Source: a candidate division WOR-3 bacterium (GTDB lineage: Bacteria; Hydrothermota; Hydrothermia; LBFQ01). From it: 64,000 nt of DNA. Each line of letters opens with the position of its first letter. Within the stretch, counting starts at the first letter, position 1. The stretch is from positions 902 to 64,901 of the forward strand of contig JALWYV010000020.1 in NCBI GenBank assembly GCA_027003075.1, in the 5' to 3' direction. A program made the translations under genes and the position numbers. The notes below the pieces were generated by a model that ran no database searches, was not told where the DNA came from, and was given only the letters and a program-made list of their open reading frames with translations. Shown here one piece after another: positions 29,719 to 39,664 of this stretch.

Positions 29719-31089
29719 ATGTTGATATTCTCACGGGCGTTAGTGGGAAGGTACATCTACGATAACGTGTTAGTTGAGAGCAGAGGGGGTGTTATATCGT
29801 CCGTTAAGGTGAGCCTTGACAGGTACGACGTCGCCGGATTCCTTATCCCGGGTTTTGTGGATACGCATTCTCACTTCACATCTTACGCCCTGAGCCTGAA
29901 CAGGCCCCGTCTTGACGGTATAAAGGACCTGGAAGAGGCCCTGAAGTTCGTCGCCCGCAGAGTGAACGAGGTTGAATCCGAGGTGGTGGTTATGGAGGGT
30001 TACGACGATACCCCATGGGGACGCACCTTTAACCGCAGGGACCTTGACCGTATAACCGACCGTCCTCTGATTCTGAGGCGGGTATGTGGCCACAAGGCCG
30101 TTTTGAATACGGCCGCCATAAGGTGGCTGAAAGAGAGGTACGGTGATATAGAGGGTCTGGACGAGGAGACCGGCCTCGCCGTTGAGCATCTTCCTCTCAA
30201 CCTGAGTAAGTATATCGTTCCCTCCGAAGAAGAGGTGGAAAGGGCTATACGAAAGGCGGAGGATCTCGCCAGAAAACTGGGGATAGTGGCCGTGGGAGAA
30301 AATACGAAGGCCATATACGTCAGAAAGCTCGTGGAGATGGACAGGAGGGGAGAACTCACCCTCCGGTGGAGGGTGGCCGTTTACTACAGCGAGTTAGACG
30401 AGGTTTCGGATCTCCTCAACTACAGGAGCGACCACTTCCGCATAGTGGGCGTAAAGGAGTTCCTTGATGGATCGGTCGGGGCCCGTACGGCCGCCTTCTC
30501 CTTCCCCTACGGGGATACGGGTAAAGATGGTCTTCTGCTTCACGACGACGACTACCTTACTGAGGTGGTCGCGAAGGCGGAGAGTCTGGGCCTGGGGGTG
30601 TGGTTCCACGCCATTGGGGACAGGGCTATAGATCAGGCCCTGAGGGTGATAGAAAGGAGCAGGGACCCGTCTGTTCACAGGATTGAACACTTCCTGTTTC
30701 CGAGGAACGAGCATTACCGCAAGGCTGCTGCCCTGAGGGTGGGCATATCCGTGCAGCCTAACTTTACGAGGAGGTGGGGAAGGTTGGGTAGTCTGTACCA
30801 TAGAGTCGTGGGGGACGCCATATACTGGCACAACAGGTACCGCACAATGGAGAACCTCGGCATCCGTTACGCCTTTTCATCCGACACCATGCCGCCCGGC
30901 CCGATCTACGGCATATCCGGTGCGTTATACCATCCCGTGGAAGACGAGAGGCTCACGCTTGAAGAGGCCCTGTACCGGTACACGGCGGCCGGTGCCGACC
31001 TCCTTGGGGACCGCGACTACGGAACGATAGAAACGGGCAAACTCGCCCTCATGAGCGTCTTCTGTCCCGAATGCCTGGGAAGACCTTAA
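29719..31089 (+). CDS. Amidohydrolase-family metal-dependent hydrolase
   Basis: GFVDTHSHF metal-binding motif; TIM-barrel amidohydrolase_3 layout. Confidence 0.7.
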   Translation: MLIFSRALVGRYIYDNVLVESRGGVISSVKVSLDRYDVAGFLIPGFVDTHSHFTSYALSLNRPRLDGIKDLEEALKFVARRVNEVESEVVVMEGYDDTPWGRTFNRRDLDRITDRPLILRRVCGHKAVLNTAAIRWLKERYGDIEGLDEETGLAVEHLPLNLSKYIVPSEEEVERAIRKAEDLARKLGIVAVGENTKAIYVRKLVEMDRRGELTLRWRVAVYYSELDEVSDLLNYRSDHFRIVGVKEFLDGSVGARTAAFSFPYGDTGKDGLLLHDDDYLTEVVAKAESLGLGVWFHAIGDRAIDQALRVIERSRDPSVHRIEHFLFPRNEHYRKAAALRVGISVQPNFTRRWGRLGSLYHRVVGDAIYWHNRYRTMENLGIRYAFSSDTMPPGPIYGISGALYHPVEDERLTLEEALYRYTAAGADLLGDRDYGTIETGKLALMSVFCPECLGRP

Positions 31090-32744
31090 GGAGAAGGGAC
31101 CGTATAACCCGCGCGTACCTGATGCACCGTCTGGCGGCTTTCCGCATCCTCGTGATAGTGGTTGTGGTCGCCGTTCTGGGGAAGATCCTGCACTTCGTCA
31201 TCTTCAAACCGGAGCCTTACCGATCCATGGCGGAGAAACAGCATATCATAGAGGTCAAGGTTTCCGGAAAGAGGGGAACGATATACGACCGCATGGGCAG
31301 GCCTCTGGCCTTCAGCGGCGAGGGTCTGACCCTTGAGATAGTTGACACCATCTCCGTTAAGGACTCTATAAAGCTATCCCGGTGGGGTATAAACGTCAGC
31401 AGGACCGCTCTACACAGGCGTATAGAGGGCCTTCCTCCCTTCCTCTGGGACTCCCTCAGGGGGATAAAAGGGATATTCCGGACGATCCGGAACAACCGCA
31501 GGTACTATCCGTGCGGTGAGGCGTGCGAGGATATAGTCGGAAGGGTGAGAGGGATACACGGGGTTTCCGGCATTGAGTACGGGTACGACAGCGTACTCGT
31601 CCCCCGGTATACGGTGAGGAGGTATCTCAAGGACGCCTCCGGGAAGGTTTACCCCATGCCCGTATCCCTCTTTACGGCCATAAGGCACCTCCTGTTCGGT
31701 GAGGACATATCGGACGGTCAGGACCTCCACACAACCATAGACATGAACGTCCAGCGGATAGCGTACACGCTCCTGAAGGAGAGGGTGGAGAGGGTGGATG
31801 CCCGCGGCGGTATGGTGGTGGTAGCCGACGCCCGAACGGGGGATATACTGGCCTACTCCTCCGTAGGATCCCTGAGGAGGAACCACATATTCAACTACGA
31901 ACCCGGATCCAACTTCAAGATCGTGGTCTATACGGAGGGTTTTGAGAGGGGCATAAAACCGGAGGATACCTGCGGGATATCGGATGGTGTACTGAACCTC
32001 GGCGGAGGGGTCCAGATCAGGGATATAACGCCCTTGAAGGATAAGACGACCTGGTACTGGGCGCTCGTTAAGTCTTCCAACGCCTGTGCCGCCAGGCTCG
32101 CCCTCATGATGGACAGCCTTCGTAAGAACGGTCTGTATCGGAGGGCGCTCCTCTATGGTTTCGGCGAGCCGGCGGATATAGGTCTACCGGAGGATCCGGT
32201 GAGGTTTGAGAAGCTCTCAAAGTACAGGATGTGGAGGAGGGTGAAGATAGCCAACATGGCCATAGGGCAGGGGATATACGTCAACCCCATCCAGATGATC
32301 CGGGCGTACATTATCGTTGCCAACGACGGAAAGTTCATATTCCCCAAACTGATTCAGGGGCCTGCGAGGTACTACCCCATACGGACGGTGGCAAGTAAAA
32401 GCACCTTCCAGACCCTCAAGAGGCTCCTCGTGGGTGTGGTTGACAGTGGAACGGGCCGGTGGGCCCGGATAAAGGGGATAAAGGTGGCGGGTAAGACCGG
32501 AACCGCCCAGAAGTACGACCCCAAGGCTCGTAGGTACAGCATGGCCAGATCCCTGACGTCCTTTATAGGGTTCTTCCCGGTTGAAGATCCCAGGTACGTG
32601 ATATACGTACTTTTAGACGAGCCTAAGAAGGTGCGTACGGGGGGTACGGCGGCTGCCCCCCTGTTCAGAAAGGTGGCGCTGGCTATTATTAAGCTGGACA
32701 GTCTGTATGAGAAACGCTTACCGTCCATAGAACGGGGAAATTAG
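31071..32744 (+). CDS. Penicillin-binding protein 2-type transpeptidase
   Basis: SNFK (SxxK), KSSN (SxN), KTGTA (KTG) motifs in order. Confidence 0.8.
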   Translation: MPGKTLRRRDRITRAYLMHRLAAFRILVIVVVVAVLGKILHFVIFKPEPYRSMAEKQHIIEVKVSGKRGTIYDRMGRPLAFSGEGLTLEIVDTISVKDSIKLSRWGINVSRTALHRRIEGLPPFLWDSLRGIKGIFRTIRNNRRYYPCGEACEDIVGRVRGIHGVSGIEYGYDSVLVPRYTVRRYLKDASGKVYPMPVSLFTAIRHLLFGEDISDGQDLHTTIDMNVQRIAYTLLKERVERVDARGGMVVVADARTGDILAYSSVGSLRRNHIFNYEPGSNFKIVVYTEGFERGIKPEDTCGISDGVLNLGGGVQIRDITPLKDKTTWYWALVKSSNACAARLALMMDSLRKNGLYRRALLYGFGEPADIGLPEDPVRFEKLSKYRMWRRVKIANMAIGQGIYVNPIQMIRAYIIVANDGKFIFPKLIQGPARYYPIRTVASKSTFQTLKRLLVGVVDSGTGRWARIKGIKVAGKTGTAQKYDPKARRYSMARSLTSFIGFFPVEDPRYVIYVLLDEPKKVRTGGTAAAPLFRKVALAIIKLDSLYEKRLPSIERGN

Positions 32745-32810
32745 AAAGTTCGTACTGAGGGCACTAATGGGCAAAATTACATTACTTACTCCTTTATAAT
32801 CCGGTTTCCC

Positions 32811-34646
32811 ATGGTTATTTTGATATCTATCACTTTTATAGTTGATGAGGATCACTTCCGCGCAGGATACGAATACTACTACACTGGCAACCATCCCCTG
32901 ACGTGGGAGGACTCATCCTACGCCCTGAGGAAGTGGAGGGTAGGGCTACATCTGTACGTCCGTAGGGGGCTTAGGATAGTGGGTAACGACCTTGACCTGA
33001 ACGACGACGGCCTTCCGGACATAGTCCTGCTAAACAACGAATGGTACTTCAGACACGACTACCAGCCCTATTACCTGAACCTTGGAGGGGGGAGATTTTC
33101 CGTCCACCTGTGGAAGTACAAGTCGGACACCATGACGGCCATAGACGCCGGGTGGCTCGGGGATATGGACGGAGACGGGAGGCTTGACTTAGTAATAGGC
33201 GTGATGGAGAAGAGAGCGATGTCGGGTGTACTGATATACCACGACTATCCGTGGGACGAGTACAGGAGGGACACCCTCGCCGCAGGGTCGGTGGAAACCC
33301 CCACGGTTGCGGATTTGAACAACGATGGGTATCTGGACATAGTGGCCGGAGTATGGAGAGACGACGAGGAGGAACATCCGGACGGGATGGAGTGCAGCAG
33401 GGTCTTTTACGGTGGTCCTGAAGGATACCGCTCTTCCGGGTGTCTCTGGGGAGGGGGAACGCACGTCGTACTTGTGGCGGACTTCAACTACGACACCTAC
33501 TTAGACGTCTTTGTAGGGAGTACGTACTACGACTTTGAACCGGTGTACCCGCCGAGGATATACTACGGAGGGCCTGACGGGATAGACACCGCGAGGTACA
33601 GTCTGGTATGGACCGATCCGCCGCCTTACGACTCCTTTGGCACCTATGGGGGTACGGTTGCGGATGTGAACGGTGACGGGTGGCTTGATATCGTGGGGTG
33701 CCACAACGACCGCATATTCGTTCTCTGGGGGAACTGGAAAGGTGAGTACCCACCCGATTCGGAGAGCATCTTCAGGTCGGAGGCTTGCAAGGCCGTACAG
33801 GTAACAGACCTTGACGGGAACGGTCTTCTGGACATAGTGGCTTCTGAAAAGACGATAAGCGAAGACTGGCATAACGGAAGGGTAGTCCTGCTTTTCAACT
33901 ACGGGGGTGGAAGGTGGAGGAGGGAGGAGCTGTTATCGCCCGGTAGCAACGGTATACTGCTCAACGACTTCAACGGGGACGGGTGGACGGATATCGTCTC
34001 CTTTGAAAAGGAACACGATTACTCCGTCGTCTTCTGGAACCTCGGGTATGGCAAATTTTCACCGGGGAACCTGACACTGCTTCCGGGTACCCACAGGGCA
34101 TCCCGTGGTCTGTCCGTTCAGATATTCGGTAACGTTTATGACAGATCCGACACCGTGGGCTTCCTCTCTGCCCCCATCACCTTTGACACGGCGGTCAACC
34201 TCTACGGCGTGGAGGTATTCGGAGAGGTGAAGGATATAAAGGTCTACGTCAGGGGGGAAACCAACGGTACAAAGACGCCGTGGATCATGGTTGACGTAGG
34301 GAAAGTGAGGGATTACCCTATACTATCCGGGATAAGGGAACTGGAGTACAGACTGACCGTAAACCTGAAGGAGGGAGCGGGTTTCCACATTGACAGCATC
34401 CGGTTCCGTACGGGTCCCTCCAGCCATGAGGACGGATGGATGGCGAGGGTTATACCCTTCGGAAACGGAATAACGATCTACTCATCTGTGCAGGCGACCT
34501 ATTCGGTTTATGATATGGCCGGGAGAAGGTTGAGGAGCGGTAGAGTAATCGGCACCGTGGACGAGATCGGTCTCACCAGAGGTGTGTACTACGTCGTTAT
34601 GGAAGGTAGGGGCGGAAGCAGGAGGTTCAAGGTTATAGTCAGGTAG
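32811..34646 (+). CDS. FG-GAP/VCBS repeat beta-propeller protein with T9SS CTD
   Basis: Repeated DxNxDGxxDIV motifs; ends GVYYVVMEGRGGSRRFKVIVR. Confidence 0.7.
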   Translation: MVILISITFIVDEDHFRAGYEYYYTGNHPLTWEDSSYALRKWRVGLHLYVRRGLRIVGNDLDLNDDGLPDIVLLNNEWYFRHDYQPYYLNLGGGRFSVHLWKYKSDTMTAIDAGWLGDMDGDGRLDLVIGVMEKRAMSGVLIYHDYPWDEYRRDTLAAGSVETPTVADLNNDGYLDIVAGVWRDDEEEHPDGMECSRVFYGGPEGYRSSGCLWGGGTHVVLVADFNYDTYLDVFVGSTYYDFEPVYPPRIYYGGPDGIDTARYSLVWTDPPPYDSFGTYGGTVADVNGDGWLDIVGCHNDRIFVLWGNWKGEYPPDSESIFRSEACKAVQVTDLDGNGLLDIVASEKTISEDWHNGRVVLLFNYGGGRWRREELLSPGSNGILLNDFNGDGWTDIVSFEKEHDYSVVFWNLGYGKFSPGNLTLLPGTHRASRGLSVQIFGNVYDRSDTVGFLSAPITFDTAVNLYGVEVFGEVKDIKVYVRGETNGTKTPWIMVDVGKVRDYPILSGIRELEYRLTVNLKEGAGFHIDSIRFRTGPSSHEDGWMARVIPFGNGITIYSSVQATYSVYDMAGRRLRSGRVIGTVDEIGLTRGVYYVVMEGRGGSRRFKVIVR

Positions 34647-34668
34647 GACGCTCTTAAAATTACGGTCT

Positions 34669-34986
34669 ATGATCAGGGACGTTGAGATGAGGGTGGGCAG
34701 AGTGATAGAGGCGAAACCGCATCCTAAGGCCCGCAAACCCGCCTACATCCTGAAGATAGACTTCGGGGAGTACGGCGTAAAAACCTCCTCAGCCCAGATA
34801 ACGGACCTGTATCGTCCGGAGGACCTCCTGGGCAGGATGGTGGTATGCGTCACCAACCTCCCTCCCAAGAACATAGCAGGGGTGATATCCGAGGTCCTGG
34901 TTCTCGGCGTGCCGGACCGGGAAGGGAGGGTCGTACTCCTCAGGCCGGATACGGACGACGTTGAGCCGGGGGCCGAAGTGTTCTGA
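34669..34986 (+). CDS. tRNA-binding (CsaA/Trbp111-like) protein
   Basis: VGRVIEAKPHPKARKPAYILKIDFGE...VVCVTNLPPKNIAGVISEVLVLG OB-fold tRNA-binding signature. Confidence 0.75.
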   Translation: MIRDVEMRVGRVIEAKPHPKARKPAYILKIDFGEYGVKTSSAQITDLYRPEDLLGRMVVCVTNLPPKNIAGVISEVLVLGVPDREGRVVLLRPDTDDVEPGAEVF

Positions 34987-35000
34987 GGCCCAAAATTCTA

Positions 35001-35552
35001 TCAACCTGCTACCTCCCTATCCACCATTTCAGCGATGATGTGGAGCAGGAAGCGGTGGACCTCCTGGACCCTCTGCGTGTTCTCCGTGGGGACCGAAATC
35101 ACCACGTCCCCTTTGACGCCGGCATTTTTCCCGGTCAGGTATATTACCCTTATACCCTTCCTCATGGCCACGGCAACCGCCCTGTTTACGTTCTCCGACC
35201 TCCCCGACGTGGATATGGCCACCAACACGTCCCCCCTGCTGCCCAGGGCCTCAACCTGTCGGGAGAAGACCTCAGAATAACCGTAGTCGTTGGAAATGGC
35301 CGTGAGAACGGCCGTGTCGGAAGTGAGGGCCACGGCCGGAAGCGGATCCCTATCGTTCCGTAGCCTTCCGACCAGTTCAGCAACGAAGTGCTGGGCGTCG
35401 GTCGCACTTCCTCCGTTTCCGCATACGAGGACCTTGTGGCCGCTGCGTATGGCCTCCCCTATCATCTCCGAAGCCCGTACGACTTCGCCCTCAAGCGCCT
35501 CTATAAGGTCCAGCACCCTCTTCAGTTCCCTTAGAGCCTCCCTGAACTCCAA
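35001..35552 (-). CDS. gmhA: SIS-domain phosphoheptose isomerase (GmhA/DiaA-like)
   Basis: VCGNGGSATDAQHF...AISTSGRSENV. Confidence 0.75.
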   Translation of the reverse strand: MEFREALRELKRVLDLIEALEGEVVRASEMIGEAIRSGHKVLVCGNGGSATDAQHFVAELVGRLRNDRDPLPAVALTSDTAVLTAISNDYGYSEVFSRQVEALGSRGDVLVAISTSGRSENVNRAVAVAMRKGIRVIYLTGKNAGVKGDVVISVPTENTQRVQEVHRFLLHIIAEMVDREVAG

Positions 35553-35553
35553 C

Positions 35554-35952
35554 CTACCCCTCCATCACCTTAACGTATACCTTCCTGCTTCTGGGACCGT
35601 CAAACTCGCAGAAGAATATCCCCTGCCACGTCCCCAGTATAACGTCCCCGTCCTCAACTATCAGGGTAATGGAAGAGCCCACCAGTACGCTCTTTATGTG
35701 GGAATCGGCGTTCCCCTCAAGGTGGTGGTAGCGTTTGCCGGCAGGTACCAGTTCGCTCAGATGCTCGTTTATGTCCACCTTCACGGAAGGGTCGGCGTTC
35801 TCGTTCACCGTTAGGGCGGCCGTGGTGTGGGGACAGTACAGTACACATATACCAGATTTGATACCGCTCTCCCTGACTACCCGTCTGACAGCATCGGTTA
35901 TATCAAGGAGTTCGTTTCTCCTGTTCGTTCTAACGTTAATGACCTTCAGCAT
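35554..35952 (-). CDS. YjbQ/UPF0047-family protein (start trimmed to internal ATG at 35952)
   Basis: MLKVINVRTNRRNELLDITD...YHHLEGNADSHIKSVLVG family signature. Confidence 0.7.
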   Translation of the reverse strand: MLKVINVRTNRRNELLDITDAVRRVVRESGIKSGICVLYCPHTTAALTVNENADPSVKVDINEHLSELVPAGKRYHHLEGNADSHIKSVLVGSSITLIVEDGDVILGTWQGIFFCEFDGPRSRKVYVKVMEG

Positions 35953-36030
35953 AGAGATAATTCTACCGACGACTAAAGTACCCGGGCATACTGTATGCAC
36001 GGAACCGTCCGGCGGGATTAAAATATAGAC

Positions 36031-36882
36031 GTGGAGAAGAGGCATATTTTACTTTTAGTTCCCGGAACCCTTCTGTTTACGGGGTGTTTTTTCGGGACTT
36101 TTCAGACCGCCCAGCCCCTGAAGCCGGGCGAGATAGACGCAGGATTGTACGGGAACGTCCCCGCCCACGTCCTTCCCGAGTCCAAAAACGCAGCCATTTA
36201 CGGTAAATACGGGGTATTTCCTACGTTCGGGGGGTTCTTCGGTATAGGAGCCGTGAAGAACCTATCCGTCGGTCTTACGGCTAACTTCCTCGGCCTCGCC
36301 CCCTATGCGAAGTGGACCTTTTACAAGCACCCCCGGTACGAGTTCTACGCCTCCGTCCTGCCCAAGCTTTACGTGGACGTGTTCAGCACATCTTATATAA
36401 CCCCGGAGATTGACTTCATAACCGGAGCACGGGTGAACAGGTACTTCTCATGGTACGTCTCCTACCAGCTCCTGTACTCCATAACGGGATACAAGTACGA
36501 TCCCAACTTCACGATAGACACAATAAGGATACCCGGAGCCATAAGGCGCCTTCCCTACCTGCACCAGTACATTGCCTTCGGTATAGACCTGACCGGCCAC
36601 TTCAGGGGAAAGACGGGTAAGATACCCTACGGTCTACGTCTGGAGTTCGGCGGATCCTACTTCTATCACGATGGGAAATACTACCCCTTCCTGAATTTCG
36701 GGATAGCCCTCACGGGAGGGACAGCCCTCGGATGCCTGAGTCTCGTGGCAAGGAATCCCCAGTGCTGTATGTACGGTACTCTGGTGGGTTACCAGCTCAT
36801 GATGAAAGCCTACACCACACCGGAGGAGGACGAGGACAACAAGCAGGAGAAGGAGACAGGAACCGGGAAGAAGCAGAAGTAG
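36031..36882 (+). CDS. Hypothetical lipoprotein
   Basis: Lipobox LLFTGC; aromatic-rich. Confidence 0.5.
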   Translation: MEKRHILLLVPGTLLFTGCFFGTFQTAQPLKPGEIDAGLYGNVPAHVLPESKNAAIYGKYGVFPTFGGFFGIGAVKNLSVGLTANFLGLAPYAKWTFYKHPRYEFYASVLPKLYVDVFSTSYITPEIDFITGARVNRYFSWYVSYQLLYSITGYKYDPNFTIDTIRIPGAIRRLPYLHQYIAFGIDLTGHFRGKTGKIPYGLRLEFGGSYFYHDGKYYPFLNFGIALTGGTALGCLSLVARNPQCCMYGTLVGYQLMMKAYTTPEEDEDNKQEKETGTGKKQK

Positions 36883-36900
36883 TGGACGTAGAATACCCAC

Positions 36901-37923
36901 TTGAGGGATAGGTTCCTTTTTTTCGTAGTTTTTGTCGTACTTTTCCTTATACCGACCGTGTACTTTGGCTCTCTCGGGGGTTCGGTCAGCGATTGGGTAG
37001 CCTCGTACTGGCACGTGAACTATACGTACGGTTTCGTCAGAAGGGGTCTCGTGGGGACTCTGGCCCTACCCTTCGGGGATGTAAAACGGTTCGCCTTCTG
37101 GTCAACTTTTATGGCCTCTATCCTGATGGCCCTGATATTCACTTTTCTCACGGAGGATAGACGGTTGTGGCTTCTCTTCCTCCTGTCCCCGGCTACCGCC
37201 CTCCACCTCGGGTTTGACGTTGGAAGGTACGACCACTTCAATCTGCTCCTTATGGCCGTATCCCTTCTGCTCATAAAGCGTGAGAGGTACCTCTACGTTA
37301 TCCCCCCTTTAACGGCTCTGGGGGTACTCGTACACGAAGCCTACGTAATTTACGCCGTTCCCGTCCTGACGGCTATTCTGTGGTTAAAGAGTAAGCGGGT
37401 GGCCATATTAAACGGAATCGTGGCCATATCTCTGGTGTTCGCCGTAGTAATGTGGGGTAATCTGTCTCCCCAGATGGAAAGCTATCTTCTCTCAAGACCG
37501 GAGGTTATCCCCGATGCTATAGAGGTTCTATCGGCCGGTGTTAAGGATACCATCTTCTCAAACCTGTCCTACATTCTCGGGGAAGTATTACGTAGACCGT
37601 GGGACTTCCTTTTACCCATCCTTATCCTCTCCGGATACACGGTCGTTTATCTCCACTCTGCCAGAGACCTCCCCCCTTACGTGCGGATGTCTCCCTTTAC
37701 CGGACTCCTCCTGTTCCTTCTCGGATACGATTATCCCCGATGGGTTTCCATTATGGTGATGCTCCTCCTCTTCCTCATGGCGTTCTCCGGGGTAACGGTA
37801 CACCGGAAGGTCCGGAAACTCTCCTTTCTACTTATGGCGACCACACTCCTCGGCCCCCTGGGGGCAGGACATTACGCCTTTCCCATCCTTGAGGCCCTTA
37901 TTTTCGGCACACCACCCTACTAA
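36901..37923 (+). CDS. Hypothetical polytopic membrane protein
   Basis: Multiple hydrophobic segments. Confidence 0.5.
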   Translation: MRDRFLFFVVFVVLFLIPTVYFGSLGGSVSDWVASYWHVNYTYGFVRRGLVGTLALPFGDVKRFAFWSTFMASILMALIFTFLTEDRRLWLLFLLSPATALHLGFDVGRYDHFNLLLMAVSLLLIKRERYLYVIPPLTALGVLVHEAYVIYAVPVLTAILWLKSKRVAILNGIVAISLVFAVVMWGNLSPQMESYLLSRPEVIPDAIEVLSAGVKDTIFSNLSYILGEVLRRPWDFLLPILILSGYTVVYLHSARDLPPYVRMSPFTGLLLFLLGYDYPRWVSIMVMLLLFLMAFSGVTVHRKVRKLSFLLMATTLLGPLGAGHYAFPILEALIFGTPPY

Positions 37924-39533
37924 CGTACCTTCAGTATCCTCTTCACCTTCCCGTCCTTAACCACGAAGTACACACGTCCGCTCTTTATATCCTCCGATCT
38001 GCGGCCGTCCACCGTGTAAACGCTCCCTTCGTAGGTACGGATCTGGGATCTTTCAACCACGTCCACGGCCGGGGTATCAAAGTCTATCTGGAACACCCAC
38101 GTGGTCCACCGGTCGTCGTAACCGTCCCTTACCAGTTCGGCTATTACCCATAGGGTAGAATCAACGGGATCCGGCCCCCCACCGAAGTAATCACCCCAAC
38201 GGTTTCTGCCGGTTCCCTTATCGTTGAAGTACCATGAGAGGCCGGCCCTCATCCTGACCGGAGAAAAGGCGGTGTCGTAAGATGCGCGCGCTATGAAGGC
38301 GGCCGATGGGTAGTCTCCTGCAGACGTCCCCACCCTCGTAAAGCTCACGGCTATCCCCCTGGGTGATACGGTGACGGCCGGGTATATCCACGAAACTCCG
38401 TTCTCGTAAAGCGCCCTATCCTCAACGACGCTCCCTGAAGTGTCCAGTATAACGAGCCTTCCGGCAGCAAGGGAAGAGTTCAGGGGATGCTCGTCGTGGA
38501 ACGTATAGTAGAGCTTCCCGTTCATGTAGTACACCTGAAACGTTGCTCCAACGACCTCAAGTTCCTGATAACCTCCACCCTGAGGCGCGTCCGGAGGGTA
38601 ACTGTAAGATGAGAGAGACAGGGTTATGCAGGACGAGAGCTGGGGGTTGTTCGTGGGGCCGTATAGTTTGTACATCCTGTTAAAACGTACGAGGTATACG
38701 TCGGTGGAGTAATCGTAGGTGGACCTGGAAGGTCTCGGCCAGTTGTACATGCAGCTGAGTTCGCTGTCCACGAAGTCCTCTATCCACCCGCTTAAAGTAC
38801 CGTTATATGCGGCTGCCTTATCCAGAACCCTGACCTTGGGGTAGTAGTCGTAAGAGGAGAAACCTATCTGCTGGGAGGTAAGGACTATCCACCGGTCGTT
38901 GAAACCTATCTCCGGATAGTCCGCCCAGTTGTTCTGCAGGGTGTTATCGTCGTACTTGGCGTTCAGGCGGTAGAAGTACCATCCGCCCATCGGGTCATCC
39001 GTCCGGGAGACGGCAAGGAGGTAGTGGGCGGATTGGGTTGAGCCGTTGTAGTACAGTGCGAGGACGAGCCAGCGGCCTGCGAGGAGGTCGTAGGCTATCT
39101 TGGGATCAAAGGCCATTCCCCCGGATGGTATAATGGAGGAGAAGAAGCCCCTCAGCGTGTTGTAGTAGTCCTCCGAGCCGTCGGTTTTATCGTAAAAGGC
39201 TATATGAGAGTTAACGACCACACCCACGTACGTACTCCCCGGCACCATCTGGGGATCCGGAGGTATCCAGTTAGTGTAGTCTATTGTCTCAAAGTCTATG
39301 AGAACCGTGTCTGAAGGGTAGGGGAGAAAGTTTATACCATCGGCGTTATTTCCCGACTCATCCTTTAAATCGTTCTCCCGGCCCTTTTCAAAGTGGTTAA
39401 TACGGGCCAGCCCTCTTATCTCCTCCAGCGTGAGGGGTACGTACTCGGATGGAGGTGAGGGAAGATGGGCTTTAAACACTTTCACCGTATCAACGGTGGA
39501 TCTAACGGAAGAAAAAAGCAGAATTGCGAGCAT
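37920..39533 (-). CDS. Hypothetical secreted protein with T9SS CTD
   Basis: Ends GRVYFVVKDGKVKRILKVR. Confidence 0.6.
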   Translation of the reverse strand: MLAILLFSSVRSTVDTVKVFKAHLPSPPSEYVPLTLEEIRGLARINHFEKGRENDLKDESGNNADGINFLPYPSDTVLIDFETIDYTNWIPPDPQMVPGSTYVGVVVNSHIAFYDKTDGSEDYYNTLRGFFSSIIPSGGMAFDPKIAYDLLAGRWLVLALYYNGSTQSAHYLLAVSRTDDPMGGWYFYRLNAKYDDNTLQNNWADYPEIGFNDRWIVLTSQQIGFSSYDYYPKVRVLDKAAAYNGTLSGWIEDFVDSELSCMYNWPRPSRSTYDYSTDVYLVRFNRMYKLYGPTNNPQLSSCITLSLSSYSYPPDAPQGGGYQELEVVGATFQVYYMNGKLYYTFHDEHPLNSSLAAGRLVILDTSGSVVEDRALYENGVSWIYPAVTVSPRGIAVSFTRVGTSAGDYPSAAFIARASYDTAFSPVRMRAGLSWYFNDKGTGRNRWGDYFGGGPDPVDSTLWVIAELVRDGYDDRWTTWVFQIDFDTPAVDVVERSQIRTYEGSVYTVDGRRSEDIKSGRVYFVVKDGKVKRILKVR

Positions 39534-39664
39534 AAAACCATTATACGGCCGTACGAGACCGTTCTACTATTACCCTTGTCACGTTTCTAAGCATATTGTA
39601 TTACACAATAAAAAACACGTTTATACCGTATATTGCAGATCGGAAGTGGCACGATCCGGCCCTA

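Noticed and set aside
35040-35814. Several 100-170-aa ORFs antisense to gmhA and YjbQ
   Set aside because: Overlap confidently identified genes; Ala/Arg/Pro-rich antisense composition
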